A stretch of DNA of 63,879 nt, filler included, from Lama guanicoe (GCA_013239625.1; 184 parts of 184 records of this genome joined end to end with filler, not necessarily neighbours in it), one strand, 5' to 3'. Positions 11,259 through 23,172 are shown, counted from the first letter of the whole stretch. The notes: generated by a model not told the origin, from the sequence alone. Made by a program: numbers and translations.

Positions 11259-11849
11259 CTACAAGAAAACACAGAGGTCAGTAATAGTCACTCATTACTT
11301 TACTTCTGTTTTTGTGGTGTGTAATCTCGGAAAAAGAAGGGATTTTTTTTTNNNNNNNNNNNNNNNNNNNNNNNNNNNNNNNNNNNNNNNNNNNNTTAAT
11401 TAATTAANNNNNNNNNNNNNNNNNNNNNNNNNNNNNNNNNNNNNNNNNNNNTTTTTTGACCTGCTTTGACTATATTTTCCTAATTCAAAATCTTCACAGT
11501 TGAATGACTATTGAAGATGAAGGTTTGAAGCAAAGTTTGAATTTGAGATAAGGAATTTGTTTGATTTTACACTTAAAAATAAAACCTGGCCCTTTGAATT
11601 TAGAAAACCAAACACTGAAATATACATTGAATCAAACAGTAAAACATCCTTATTACAGATTATGTAAAGTATAAGAAAAATATGCTATGGCAACATTGNN
11701 NNNNNNNNNNNNNNNNNNNNNNNNNNNNNNNNNNNNNNNNNNTTAATTAATTAANNNNNNNNNNNNNNNNNNNNNNNNNNNNNNNNNNNNNNNNNNNNCT
11801 TGACTAGCAGCAGCCTCTGCCTAAACGTGTACTGGACATCACGTCCCCC

Positions 11850-11999
11850 TTCACTGAAATCTTATATAATTCTGAGCTCACCCTCATCTTCAGAGCAGTT
11901 TCTGCAAGCTTTCTGAGATGCTGTCACCTGGAATTTTGTCCTCATTTTGCCCCAGATAAACTTTAACCAATAAATCTCAAATTTTGTGGTTTATCAACA
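11850..11999 (+). mobile_element. ERV1-type LTR 3' end
   Basis: gagcagtttc...ctttctgagatgctgtc...gtcctcattttgccccagataaac...tcaACA resembles an ERV1 LTR R/U5 end terminating in CA. Confidence 0.5.
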
Positions 12000-12614
12000 G
12001 TACCACAGAAACCAAGCTTACATACTTGAACTCATAGTAAACATTNNNNNNNNNNNNNNNNNNNNNNNNNNNNNNNNNNNNNNNNNNNNTTAATTAATTA
12101 ANNNNNNNNNNNNNNNNNNNNNNNNNNNNNNNNNNNNNNNNNNNNAAGGAGAACTAATAAAATGGCCGCTCTTAGGCTAACACACGTTTGGCTTTATGCT
12201 CACTGCTTGCTGTTAGAACGACCCGCAAACCTGACTGACCGGACACTGCTCCCAGCCCCAGGCCCATGTTAAAGCTCACGGGGGTGGTACTACTGTTTGA
12301 TCTGGCCTTCCTCTGATAATCACAATCATGTTCGGCGTCCGAGTCATTCCCCAGGAAGGCAGCCACGGGACAATAACCTCAGGAGAGTGACCNNNNNNNN
12401 NNNNNNNNNNNNNNNNNNNNNNNNNNNNNNNNNNNNTTAATTAATTAANNNNNNNNNNNNNNNNNNNNNNNNNNNNNNNNNNNNNNNNNNNNTGTAAGAA
12501 AAACATTTAACATAGTATCTGTTATTCAAACAATAGAAAGATGTGCCGTTTATTGTTTACAGTGTAGTTCGGAAATCAACGTCTAACTTTAATTCCGAAA
12601 TGTTGGCAACATAT

Positions 12615-12660
12615 CTTCTTTTAATTCTGTAGCTATATTAATCATCGACTTCTTCTGCAT
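12615..12660 (-). pseudogene. ANKRD26: ANKRD26-family exon (46 nt) with donor GT apparently changed to AT
   Basis: Acceptor tttaatgtttatttcAG is followed by MQKKSMINIATELKE(G), similar to recalled ANKRD26 C-terminal MQQELEKNITRELKE(A). Next comes ATATGT where GTATGT would be a donor. Family-level call only. Confidence 0.55.
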
Positions 12661-12839
12661 CTGAAATAAACATTAAAAATAATATTTGACTTAAGTTAAA
12701 CAAGAAACACTATCATAGGAATGACAGCTAGCTTATGAANNNNNNNNNNNNNNNNNNNNNNNNNNNNNNNNNNNNNNNNNNNNTTAATTAATTAANNNNN
12801 NNNNNNNNNNNNNNNNNNNNNNNNNNNNNNNNNNNNNNN

Positions 12840-13086
12840 ACCTTTAGAAGTCATATACACAAATGTTTGTATAAGCTCTATTTGCAATAGTCAAAAACTG
12901 GAAAATACTGATCAGCAGAGGAATGAATAAACAGATTGTAGTGCATTCATATAATGGAATACTACTTAGTGAAGAACAGGAAGGAACTATTGAAATACAT
13001 AACAGTATGGATGAATCTCAAAATAATTATGCTAAGCAAAAAAAGTCAAACTCCCCCAAAAGGTACATACCATAATATTTAATTTA
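12840..13086 (+). mobile_element. Old L1 (L1MC/ME) ORF2 end and 3' UTR
   Basis: aatagtcaaaaactggaaa...gaataaacagattgtag...ataatggaatactact...atggatgaatctcaaaataattatgctaag. Confidence 0.8.
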
Positions 13087-13186
13087 NNNNNNNNNNNNNN
13101 NNNNNNNNNNNNNNNNNNNNNNNNNNNNNNTTAATTAATTAANNNNNNNNNNNNNNNNNNNNNNNNNNNNNNNNNNNNNNNNNNNN

Positions 13187-13259
13187 TATAACTGAATCAC
13201 TTTGCTATACACCGGAAACCAACAGCAGTGTAAATCAACTGTACTTCAATTTTCAAAAA
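13187..13259 (+). mobile_element. L1 extreme 3' end, cetartiodactyl type
   Basis: tataactgaatcactttgctatacacc...gtaaatcaactgtacttcaat followed by an A-rich tail. Confidence 0.8.
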
Positions 13260-13261
13260 TT

Positions 13262-13433
13262 ACTTTGTGGCTACATATGCTAACCATCACCTGAGCCTTC
13301 AGTGAATTGTAGTAGTAACATCATACATCGTTGGTCACAGAACACTGTAACAAGTATAATAATAATAGAAAAGTTTGAAATAGAGCAAGAATTACCAAAA
13401 TGTGACACAGAGACATGAAATGAGCAAATGCTG
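13262..13433 (-). mobile_element. Tigger1 internal-deletion derivative
   Basis: atgctaaccatcacctgagccttcag joined to aataatagaaaagtttgaaat...aattaccaaaatgtgacacagagacatgaa. Confidence 0.75.
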
Positions 13434-13647
13434 NNNNNNNNNNNNNNNNNNNNNNNNNNNNNNNNNNNNNNNNNNNNTTAATTAATTAANNNNNNNNNNN
13501 NNNNNNNNNNNNNNNNNNNNNNNNNNNNNNNNNATTACAAGGTTTCAAACTGTGTGTAAGGCCTGATGTGAAATTAAAAAAAAAAAACTGAAGCAACATG
13601 GAACTTCAGTCCATGTTAAACACTATTATTTTCTATAACTTTAAAAA

Positions 13648-13720
13648 TTTTTTTTTACTGAAGTATAGTCAGTTTACAATGTTGTGTCAATCTCTGGTGT
13701 GTAGCATAATGTTTCAGTCA
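13648..13720 (-). mobile_element. Short 5'-truncated L1 insertion with both flanks
   Basis: Poly-T then actgaagtatagtcagtttacaatgttgtg. ctttaaaaa is repeated at 13639-13647 and 13723-13731. Confidence 0.7.
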
Positions 13721-14227
13721 ACCTTTAAAAAGCCATGGATTCTCTGCCCTCCCCACATTGTTTTCAGTTGATGAAGAAAGNNNNNNNNNNNNNNNNNNNN
13801 NNNNNNNNNNNNNNNNNNNNNNNNTTAATTAATTAANNNNNNNNNNNNNNNNNNNNNNNNNNNNNNNNNNNNNNNNNNNNGACAGGTCAGTGCTACCTCA
13901 GCCTTCTTTCACCTGCCTTGGGAGTGTTTTGGAAATCATGAAGATGCCAGGGTTCCCTAAACTGGGAGCTGATGCCGCATGAAAGAGGTGGTTCTTGGTT
14001 GACCTCTCACCAGGACACAGACACACACACCCCTCCGTGTCTTATCTGGCATATGAAGAATAAAGGAAAGGCCTAGATCTAGGATGGGGCCAGGTTTGGG
14101 GGGTGAGACTGGCTCCCTAGCCCTGAGNNNNNNNNNNNNNNNNNNNNNNNNNNNNNNNNNNNNNNNNNNNNTTAATTAATTAANNNNNNNNNNNNNNNNN
14201 NNNNNNNNNNNNNNNNNNNNNNNNNNN

Positions 14228-14474
14228 GAGCATTTTTTATGTGCCTATTGGTCATTTGTATGGCTTCATCGAAGAAAAAGAACAAAGCTGGAGGAATGAC
14301 CCTTCCAGGCGTCAGACAATACTACAGACCTACAGTAATCAAAACAGCATGGTACTGGCACAAAGGCAGACATATGGATTAAAGGAACAGAATAGAGAGC
14401 CCAGAATTAGGCCTACAGACCTATGGTCAATTAATCTTCAATGAAGGAGGCAAGAATATACAATGGAGAAAAGA
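14228..14474. mobile_element. L1 ORF2 inversion junction (antisense 14228-14269, sense 14271-14474)
   Basis: The antisense part derives from the EDIQMANRHMKKCS region. The sense part encodes [11 protein letters not shown]...[15 protein letters not shown]. Confidence 0.8.
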
Positions 14475-15269
14475 NNNNNNNNNNNNNNNNNNNNNNNNNN
14501 NNNNNNNNNNNNNNNNNNTTAATTAATTAANNNNNNNNNNNNNNNNNNNNNNNNNNNNNNNNNNNNNNNNNNNNCCAGCACATCACTGTCTGGGGGCAGA
14601 ATCTAACGTTTCAATATGCAGGCACATTTTTCATGCAGGGCTGCTGGGAAACACAGCCGGCTGTGTGTCAGGAGGCAAGGGCAGCCTCTTCCAAAGCAGG
14701 AGGACAGCTTGCTGAGGGCGGGACGTGGGTCTGCAGCACAGCAGCGTCCTAAGGGATTCACATGAGTGGTTTTAACTGTACCTTATTTCCCCCTTAAAAC
14801 CCCCTTCTCCCCTTCACTAACNNNNNNNNNNNNNNNNNNNNNNNNNNNNNNNNNNNNNNNNNNNNTTAATTAATTAANNNNNNNNNNNNNNNNNNNNNNN
14901 NNNNNNNNNNNNNNNNNNNNNTATATATATATAATTCCAAGTGAAGCACAAAATTCTTGACTTTACATTGGAATACACAGCACCTTTTATTTAGGGACAG
15001 ATTACTCTGTTGATAAATATTTCAAGCCAGTCTGACCCCAGCTTCCTCCCTCCTGAGGCTTGTCTTTAGCACCAATTTGCTGCTCATTAGCACCTCTGTC
15101 AAAGGGTAAATACAGGAAATAAAAGAAGATGAAACTATCAATTCAGTCCTTGTTATGGACTCATAAAAANNNNNNNNNNNNNNNNNNNNNNNNNNNNNNN
15201 NNNNNNNNNNNNNTTAATTAATTAANNNNNNNNNNNNNNNNNNNNNNNNNNNNNNNNNNNNNNNNNNNN

Positions 15270-15517
15270 CCAATCTCTGCCTTTCAACTGAATAATTTAG
15301 TAAGTTTACATTTATTTTGATTATGTATATATTTGAATTTAGTTCTATGATTTTACCTTTTTTTTCAGTTTTAATTTTGTCTTATCTTTTTTCTATTGGA
15401 TTACTTTTTAAAAAATGATTTAGAATTATGCACTCTTTTTTGATTCTGTTAGTGTAATTAATCTAGCGGTTGCAAGATTTTCATTACTAGAAATCTTTCT
15501 AAAAATGTTTACCTTGG
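15270..15517 (-). mobile_element. Old L1 fragment; near-duplicate of 15966-16213
   Basis: caatctctgccttt...tttacattta is L1M antisense. The first and last 49 nt are identical to the other copy. Confidence 0.65.
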
Positions 15518-15965
15518 NNNNNNNNNNNNNNNNNNNNNNNNNNNNNNNNNNNNNNNNNNNNTTAATTAATTAANNNNNNNNNNNNNNNNNNNNNNNNNNN
15601 NNNNNNNNNNNNNNNNNGCCTCCACCTTAGCACTTGTTGCACATCCCCTAGTGGCTCTCTTGTTGTAGTTACTGCCCCATTAGAGTCTGAAACCCCGCGA
15701 GGCTGCGAGGGTAGGCTGCAATGGTGGAAGGAATATGTATTTCCTGGTGATCAACCCACTCTCAGAATTTCGCGGCACGTGATGATTTCACCTCGAATTA
15801 TTAACAGATACGTTTCTGGCATGTCTGTGTCAACCTCTTGCAAAGAGAAATACGTTGGCGTACTTNNNNNNNNNNNNNNNNNNNNNNNNNNNNNNNNNNN
15901 NNNNNNNNNTTAATTAATTAANNNNNNNNNNNNNNNNNNNNNNNNNNNNNNNNNNNNNNNNNNNN

Positions 15966-16213
15966 CCAATCTCTGCCTTTCAACTGAATAATTTAGTAAG
16001 TTTACATTTATTTTTATTATGTATATATTTGAATTTAGTTCTATGATTTCACCTTTTTTTCAGTTTTAATTTTGTCTTATCTTTTTTTCTACTGGATTAC
16101 TTTTTAAAAAATGATTTAGAATTATGCACTCTTTTTCGATTATGTTAGTGTAATTAATCTAGCAGTTGCAAGATTTTCATTACTAGAAATCTTTCTAAAA
16201 ATGTTTACCTTGG
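15966..16213 (-). repeat. Near-duplicate of 15270-15517 (bubble arm)
   Basis: 6 substitutions and 2 compensating T-tract indels, all internal to identical 49-nt ends. Confidence 0.95.
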
Positions 16214-16661
16214 NNNNNNNNNNNNNNNNNNNNNNNNNNNNNNNNNNNNNNNNNNNNTTAATTAATTAANNNNNNNNNNNNNNNNNNNNNNNNNNNNNNN
16301 NNNNNNNNNNNNNGGCTCCGTCATCCATGTGGAAATGGCCAAGAGGGAAGATGATACACTTTTGCACTGGGCTCTACAGAAAGTTAGCCAGAGAGTGCCG
16401 GACATGTACTGGGTATTTCAAAGACAACCAGAACCAGAATCGGGGTCTCCTGCCTCAAACGTGATCATCTTATGACGTTCCTCACCCCGTGCCTCACCTA
16501 TCACCAGGAATCATCACCCTTCATCCAGTGCAACGTGGCAGAATAATGTGCTGAAATGTTGNNNNNNNNNNNNNNNNNNNNNNNNNNNNNNNNNNNNNNN
16601 NNNNNTTAATTAATTAANNNNNNNNNNNNNNNNNNNNNNNNNNNNNNNNNNNNNNNNNNNN

Positions 16662-16909
16662 CTTCATTCAGTCTTCTTACATTTATTGAGACTTATTTTG
16701 TGGCCTAGCATATGATCTGTCTTAGAGAATATTCCGCTTGCACTTAAAAAGAATGTATATTCTGCAACTTTTGGATGGAATGTTCTACATATGTCTATTA
16801 AATTCAACAAGTCTAATGTGTCACTTAAAGTGAGTGTTTCCTTATTAATTTTCTGTCTGGATGACCTAACATTTGATGTGAGTTGGGTATTAAAGTCCCC
16901 TACTATTAT
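16662..16909 (-). mobile_element. L1 ORF2 endonuclease-region fragment
   Basis: atttattgagacttattttgtggcctagcatatgatct...aagaatgtatattctg...ttttctgtctggatgacct...taaagtcccctactattat. Confidence 0.85.
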
Positions 16910-18053
16910 NNNNNNNNNNNNNNNNNNNNNNNNNNNNNNNNNNNNNNNNNNNNTTAATTAATTAANNNNNNNNNNNNNNNNNNNNNNNNNNNNNNNNNNN
17001 NNNNNNNNNCAACTGTTCCTCTCTAGTAGTGCGTGTAATTGAGAGTCAAAAGTATATGCAAAGAATGACTATTTCAACACTGAAATTCAGATTTTCTCCC
17101 AGTTACACTGTTTTGGGAATAGGATACAGTAACCACATATAGTCATGAACATGTGGGTAATAAAGGACAGTTACAGACCAGTTGGATTTAATGAACTAAT
17201 TTGGCCTTCCAGAAACTATTCAATCCAAAGTATTTACCTGCTGCTTCCAAAAAAAAANNNNNNNNNNNNNNNNNNNNNNNNNNNNNNNNNNNNNNNNNNN
17301 NTTAATTAATTAANNNNNNNNNNNNNNNNNNNNNNNNNNNNNNNNNNNNNNNNNNNNTTCTGTCAGGTCACGTGCCATGATCAATTTGTTACTTTGACAT
17401 AGAAGGACATGAAATAAGGATTTTTTTCCTTCTACTTCAATTTGTGTGTGTGTGTGTCGGGGGGTGTGGTTTGGTGGCAATTGTGATATTTGCAAAACTG
17501 CATGGTGTATTTATTTTAAATCTAAGCATTATTGCCATTCTGAGTTGGTATGATCCTGTATTGTGGCAAAAATACAAGACAGACTTCAAATGTGTTACAG
17601 AAAAANNNNNNNNNNNNNNNNNNNNNNNNNNNNNNNNNNNNNNNNNNNNTTAATTAATTAANNNNNNNNNNNNNNNNNNNNNNNNNNNNNNNNNNNNNNN
17701 NNNNNATCTGGTTTGATGGGTCTCAGCATGCTTGGTTTTGGGGTGTCTGCATTCGTCTTCACTGCATCCCCTGATGAAATGTTTGAGTGTCACCACGGTC
17801 AAGGTCCACGTTTCTGAGATCTCTTTGTCCGCTGGGAAGCCCTGGCAGAACCGTCTGGCTGTTATTAGTCACTTCTCTGCTGCCCTGGGAGCACATGTTC
17901 TGCTTTGTCAACCCCATGCAGGAACCAAAACGGTGTGTGAGACTGCTCATCCANNNNNNNNNNNNNNNNNNNNNNNNNNNNNNNNNNNNNNNNNNNNTTA
18001 ATTAATTAANNNNNNNNNNNNNNNNNNNNNNNNNNNNNNNNNNNNNNNNNNNN

Positions 18054-18182
18054 ACCATATCTTCTTTCCAGTCATCTGTTGATGAACACTTAGGTTGTTT
18101 CCATGTCTTGGCTATTGTGAATAGTGCTGCTGTGAACGCTGAGGTGCATGTATTTTTTCAAATTAGAATTCCTTCCAGATAT
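18054..18182 (-). mobile_element. L1 ORF2 3' fragment
   Basis: cagtcatctgttgatgaacacttaggttgtttccatgtcttggctattgtgaatagtgctgct. Confidence 0.85.
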
Positions 18183-21100
18183 AGAAAGTATGTCTTTAGA
18201 ATACAAACTCCACATGCCTCAACCCCCCAACCAGGAGGCTTTTCTGGAAAATCCACAACATTTTCTTTCAGGGGGCTAGGTTTGTGTTTGTGTTTTCAGC
18301 NNNNNNNNNNNNNNNNNNNNNNNNNNNNNNNNNNNNNNNNNNNNTTAATTAATTAANNNNNNNNNNNNNNNNNNNNNNNNNNNNNNNNNNNNNNNNNNNN
18401 TTAATGTATGAAGGAAATGACACTTGTCAGTTTGTAACTATTAAATGCACGTATTCTGCTGCAGAGAAACGAAATGAGAAAGCATTTGTTGATCAAGGAA
18501 CTAAAAAATTAAGTACAGAGAAAAAACTGAGTGAAAGAAAAAGAACTGGAAGAAGTTGGGTGATTGTCTTTCAAAAGATAACATGCTTCCTCATTTGTGC
18601 ATTCAGACAAAATGAAATGAGGCCAGGAGGGAGTCCACAGGGCAGAGANNNNNNNNNNNNNNNNNNNNNNNNNNNNNNNNNNNNNNNNNNNNTTAATTAA
18701 TTAANNNNNNNNNNNNNNNNNNNNNNNNNNNNNNNNNNNNNNNNNNNNTTGTGTCCTCAAAGGTTGTCAATCTTCCATTTACTTTCTTTGCAAATCGGTC
18801 TGCTTTATTCTTCAGTAAAGAGTTTCGAGCTGCTAGACTTGGAACCAAAAAATCCTTAATGATTTTGTTACAGCATTTCATAAATAGTTTTGCTGAAAGT
18901 AGACGTGTATTAGATTATATTTAGATTATCTGCTACTTCTTATGGAGGAATAGGCTTGGTGACCCCTGAGTCAGGGAAATGTTCTTCTTACACAATNNNN
19001 NNNNNNNNNNNNNNNNNNNNNNNNNNNNNNNNNNNNNNNNTTAATTAATTAANNNNNNNNNNNNNNNNNNNNNNNNNNNNNNNNNNNNNNNNNNNNTCCA
19101 CTTTCCTGGAAATCCCCGCTGCTCCTCCAGCAGGAGCTTCCCAGAAAAGCTGGCCAGGTACACGTGGCCAGTGAGACAGTCCCTCGCCGCCACCACTCTA
19201 TCTAAATGATGGTGAAGCTTCCAACAGGAGCACAGGCCTTCCTTGTAACAAAAGGACAGCCCTGGTCTGACACGATTATTCTGAGAGTTAACACCAAGTC
19301 TCAGACACTATGCTACTTCTTTCTTAAGTTTAATAAAGGGATCANNNNNNNNNNNNNNNNNNNNNNNNNNNNNNNNNNNNNNNNNNNNTTAATTAATTAA
19401 NNNNNNNNNNNNNNNNNNNNNNNNNNNNNNNNNNNNNNNNNNNNATGTAAATCTGGTTAAAAGAGATTGAAGTTTTCAAATCAGACCTAAAATTCTTGGT
19501 GGTCTTTTAAATAACATTAAAACACTTTTAAAGGCCAGTTTGGTTCTAGGATATCCTTAAGGACACATGTGGCCCAGAATGGCCTTGGGAAATTTAGCCC
19601 CCCTGGAGGCCATTTCTGGGTAGGAGAAATGACTTCATGCTCACTCAGGTATTTGGCTTCCCTGTTGGCCAGATTCTTTGGCAACCACAAATNNNNNNNN
19701 NNNNNNNNNNNNNNNNNNNNNNNNNNNNNNNNNNNNTTAATTAATTAANNNNNNNNNNNNNNNNNNNNNNNNNNNNNNNNNNNNNNNNNNNNCATGTTGT
19801 CCAGGGCAGGGCTTCACCTGCAGCGGGCATTGTGGAAATGCCCCAGCCCAGGTGTGGGGTTCTTACCATGCTGTCAGTGGGTCCCAGGTCTTCCTTAGAG
19901 GGTTGAGGCTGGAGTTGTCTTCCAGCCAACGCGCCTGCTGGAACCTTCACCCCAGGGCGGATGGAGGGTACTGGAGAGTGTATCAGTCAGCGCTGCCATG
20001 TAACAAATAGCACCTTCTGGGCAGCTTGACAACAGATGTGNNNNNNNNNNNNNNNNNNNNNNNNNNNNNNNNNNNNNNNNNNNNTTAATTAATTAANNNN
20101 NNNNNNNNNNNNNNNNNNNNNNNNNNNNNNNNNNNNNNNNTTTTTATTTTAATATTACAGTTTTTGATATATCTGACCTACAAAATACACGTAGCATAGA
20201 AAAACAGGATCTTCAGATAATATAATATGTTAATTTTCATCAAGAACAATGTGTACCTAGAGTTTGCTTATAAAGTAATCTAAGTTAAATATTTGAACCA
20301 AAGTTTTATTCTTTAAAAAATGATCAAATAACATAGACCCAATGTTTTGATGTCTTTTCTGCACAGAAACCTACAGGATCCCATACTGNNNNNNNNNNNN
20401 NNNNNNNNNNNNNNNNNNNNNNNNNNNNNNNNTTAATTAATTAANNNNNNNNNNNNNNNNNNNNNNNNNNNNNNNNNNNNNNNNNNNNAACACAGAGAAC
20501 TTCAGCCGAATTCCCAGGGCTCTGCCTTCACGCTCTGCGATGAGCCCCAGGCCCTGGCATGTTAAGCTCCCCAGGGGACAGCAGGAGTAGCCAGGCTGAG
20601 AACTCATTTACAGAGGAAGCAGAGGAGCAAATATAGCTCCTACCAGGGTGTGACTCCATTACTCCTGACACAGCCTTCTGCTGCCTCTGAAGGGCCCTGA
20701 GCTCATCATTCCTAATGCAGGAAAATAAAATCCAAANNNNNNNNNNNNNNNNNNNNNNNNNNNNNNNNNNNNNNNNNNNNTTAATTAATTAANNNNNNNN
20801 NNNNNNNNNNNNNNNNNNNNNNNNNNNNNNNNNNNNACACGCTCTTTCCTGCCAGAATCTCAGCTCATTCAGTTCTCCCAGCCTGCAGTGCCCTCTTTTC
20901 ATCTTGCCATCCATCCTATACCTTCCATGAGGAGCTTCTCAAAATGTGTTCTGTGGGTCTGGACCTAGGAATCTGCCTTGTCAGTCGACCCCTACTCGCA
21001 CCTTCTGCTCAGGATCTTTTGCTCTAGGTTGTAACATTTTGAGGGTAAAAAAAAAAAGTTAAATAAATTTTTTTGAGGGTAAAANNNNNNNNNNNNNNNN

Positions 21101-21184
21101 NNNNNNNNNNNNNNNNNNNNNNNNNNNNTTAATTAATTAANNNNNNNNNNNNNNNNNNNNNNNNNNNNNNNNNNNNNNNNNNNN

Positions 21185-21432
21185 TCAGTTATATTTCTGT
21201 ATACTAACAATAAACAATTGAAAACTGAAATGAGGAAAAAATCAGCATTTATAATAGTATCAAAAATATGAAATACTTAGGGGAAAATCTTAACAAAATA
21301 TATGCAATATTTGTATACTGGACTATAAAACATTGACAAGAAAAATACAAAGATATAAATAAATGGAGAGATAAAGCATGTTAACAGGCTAGAAAATTCA
21401 ATATTGTGAAGATGTCAGTTCTCCCCAAATTG
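21185..21432 (+). mobile_element. Old L1 ORF2 (RT) fragment
   Basis: tcagttatatttctgtatactaacaat...aaatacttaggg...aaataaatggagagata...caatattgtgaagatgtcagttctccccaaattg. Confidence 0.85.
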
Positions 21433-21880
21433 NNNNNNNNNNNNNNNNNNNNNNNNNNNNNNNNNNNNNNNNNNNNTTAATTAATTAANNNNNNNNNNNN
21501 NNNNNNNNNNNNNNNNNNNNNNNNNNNNNNNNACTGTGACCAACCACACTTCAATTTAAAAAATATTTTTAAAAAGCCTGCAACCCACCCCCGAGACCGC
21601 TGAGAGAGGGCCCCGGTCGGCAGCTGGAGCTGGCCCGCAGGGGCACTCCTGGGCAGGCCTCTGTGCTGAGCACCGGGCCCTGGAGCTGGTCTGGGGCCTG
21701 CCCAGATTCCGGCTCTCTCTTCGCCTCCGACGGGCCAGGGCACAGAGCCGCGCGGCTTATCCAAGACCCGCTTTACGAGTNNNNNNNNNNNNNNNNNNNN
21801 NNNNNNNNNNNNNNNNNNNNNNNNTTAATTAATTAANNNNNNNNNNNNNNNNNNNNNNNNNNNNNNNNNNNNNNNNNNNN

Positions 21881-22128
21881 GATTTTCAGGGCAGTGAAAT
21901 TATTCTATATGATACTGTAATTGTGGATATGTATCAATATGCATTTCCCCAACCTCATGGATGGTGCAACACCGAGCGTGAACCCTAACGTAGACCATGG
22001 ACTTTGGGTTACACTGAGGGGTCAGTACAGGTTCATCAGCTGTAGCAAACACCGCACTCTGATGTGGGACGTTGATGGTGGGGGAGGAGGCTGTACATTT
22101 GGGAAGATGGGGTTAATGAGAAATCTCT
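21881..22128 (+). mobile_element. L1MC-type 3' end
   Basis: gattttcagggcagtgaaattattctatatgatact...gtgaaccctaacgta...ggactttggg...gatgtgggacgttgat. Confidence 0.8.
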
Positions 22129-22228
22129 NNNNNNNNNNNNNNNNNNNNNNNNNNNNNNNNNNNNNNNNNNNNTTAATTAATTAANNNNNNNNNNNNNNNN
22201 NNNNNNNNNNNNNNNNNNNNNNNNNNNN

Positions 22229-22476
22229 GGCCCAAAACAAAAGATGAAACAGAATAAGAACCCAGGCAGGTGTCAGCGGAGGTCAGGGGGAGGAGACAGA
22301 GAGCCAGGGTTGTGGAAGGTCGTGCCTGTGGTCAAACAGCTCATGGTGAGGGACAGGGGCTTCAAAGTCCAGGAGGCTTTAGGAAGACATCACTGAGGTC
22401 CCAGCAGAAAACAAGTGTCCTCCCCCGGGAATCAGAATGGGACTAGAGAAGACTCTGGGACTGAAGACAGGACACC
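22229..22476. repeat. Contig duplicated at 22925-23172 (bubble arm pair)
   Basis: 5 substitutions; the first is at base 50 and the last is followed by 49 identical bases. Confidence 0.95.
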
Positions 22477-22576
22477 NNNNNNNNNNNNNNNNNNNNNNNN
22501 NNNNNNNNNNNNNNNNNNNNTTAATTAATTAANNNNNNNNNNNNNNNNNNNNNNNNNNNNNNNNNNNNNNNNNNNN

Positions 22577-22824
22577 AGGCCTCAGTCGCAGGGACCCTAC
22601 TGCAGGAGCCCAAGACTAGTGTCCAGGCGGAGGGCGGGAGGGGGAGGGGAGCGCACCAACGCGCATGTGCGAGGACTCGGGAGCGCGCCCAGAGCGTGCG
22701 GACTCGGGCGGGAGCCGGGTGCTTCTGAACCGGCTCCCGGAGGAGGAGTACACCTGGGGCCTGGGCCACCGGCCGCTTGCTGTCGCTTCTGCTGCTGTCG
22801 CCAAGCAGGTAAGGGGGCGCTGGT
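22577..22824 (+). promoter_or_regulatory. CpG-island promoter/first-exon fragment
   Basis: GC box gggcggga at 22632, NRF1-like gcgcatgtgcg at 22661-22671, and a strong donor CAG|GTAAGG with GT at 22809. Confidence 0.55.
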
Positions 22825-22924
22825 NNNNNNNNNNNNNNNNNNNNNNNNNNNNNNNNNNNNNNNNNNNNTTAATTAATTAANNNNNNNNNNNNNNNNNNNN
22901 NNNNNNNNNNNNNNNNNNNNNNNN

Positions 22925-23172
22925 GGCCCAAAACAAAAGATGAAACAGAATAAGAACCCAGGCAGGTGTCAGCAGAGGTCAGGGGGAGGAGACAGAGAGC
23001 CAAGGTTGTGGAAGGTCGTGCCTGTGGTCAAATAGCTCATGGTGAGGGACAGGGGCTTCAAAGTCCAGGAGGCTTTAGGCAGACATCACTGAGGTCCCAG
23101 CAGAAAACAAGTGTCCTCCCCCAGGAATCAGAATGGGACTAGAGAAGACTCTGGGACTGAAGACAGGACACC
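22925..23172. repeat. Near-duplicate of 22229-22476
   Basis: Identical 49-nt ends and 5 internal substitutions. Confidence 0.95.

Noticed and set aside
15779..15830. C-box GTGATGA of a possible C/D snoRNA
   Set aside because: No downstream CTGA D box with a terminal stem at a suitable distance.
17771..17820. TGATGA...CTGA pair suggesting a C/D snoRNA
   Set aside because: The boxes span under 50 nt, too short, with no convincing terminal stem.
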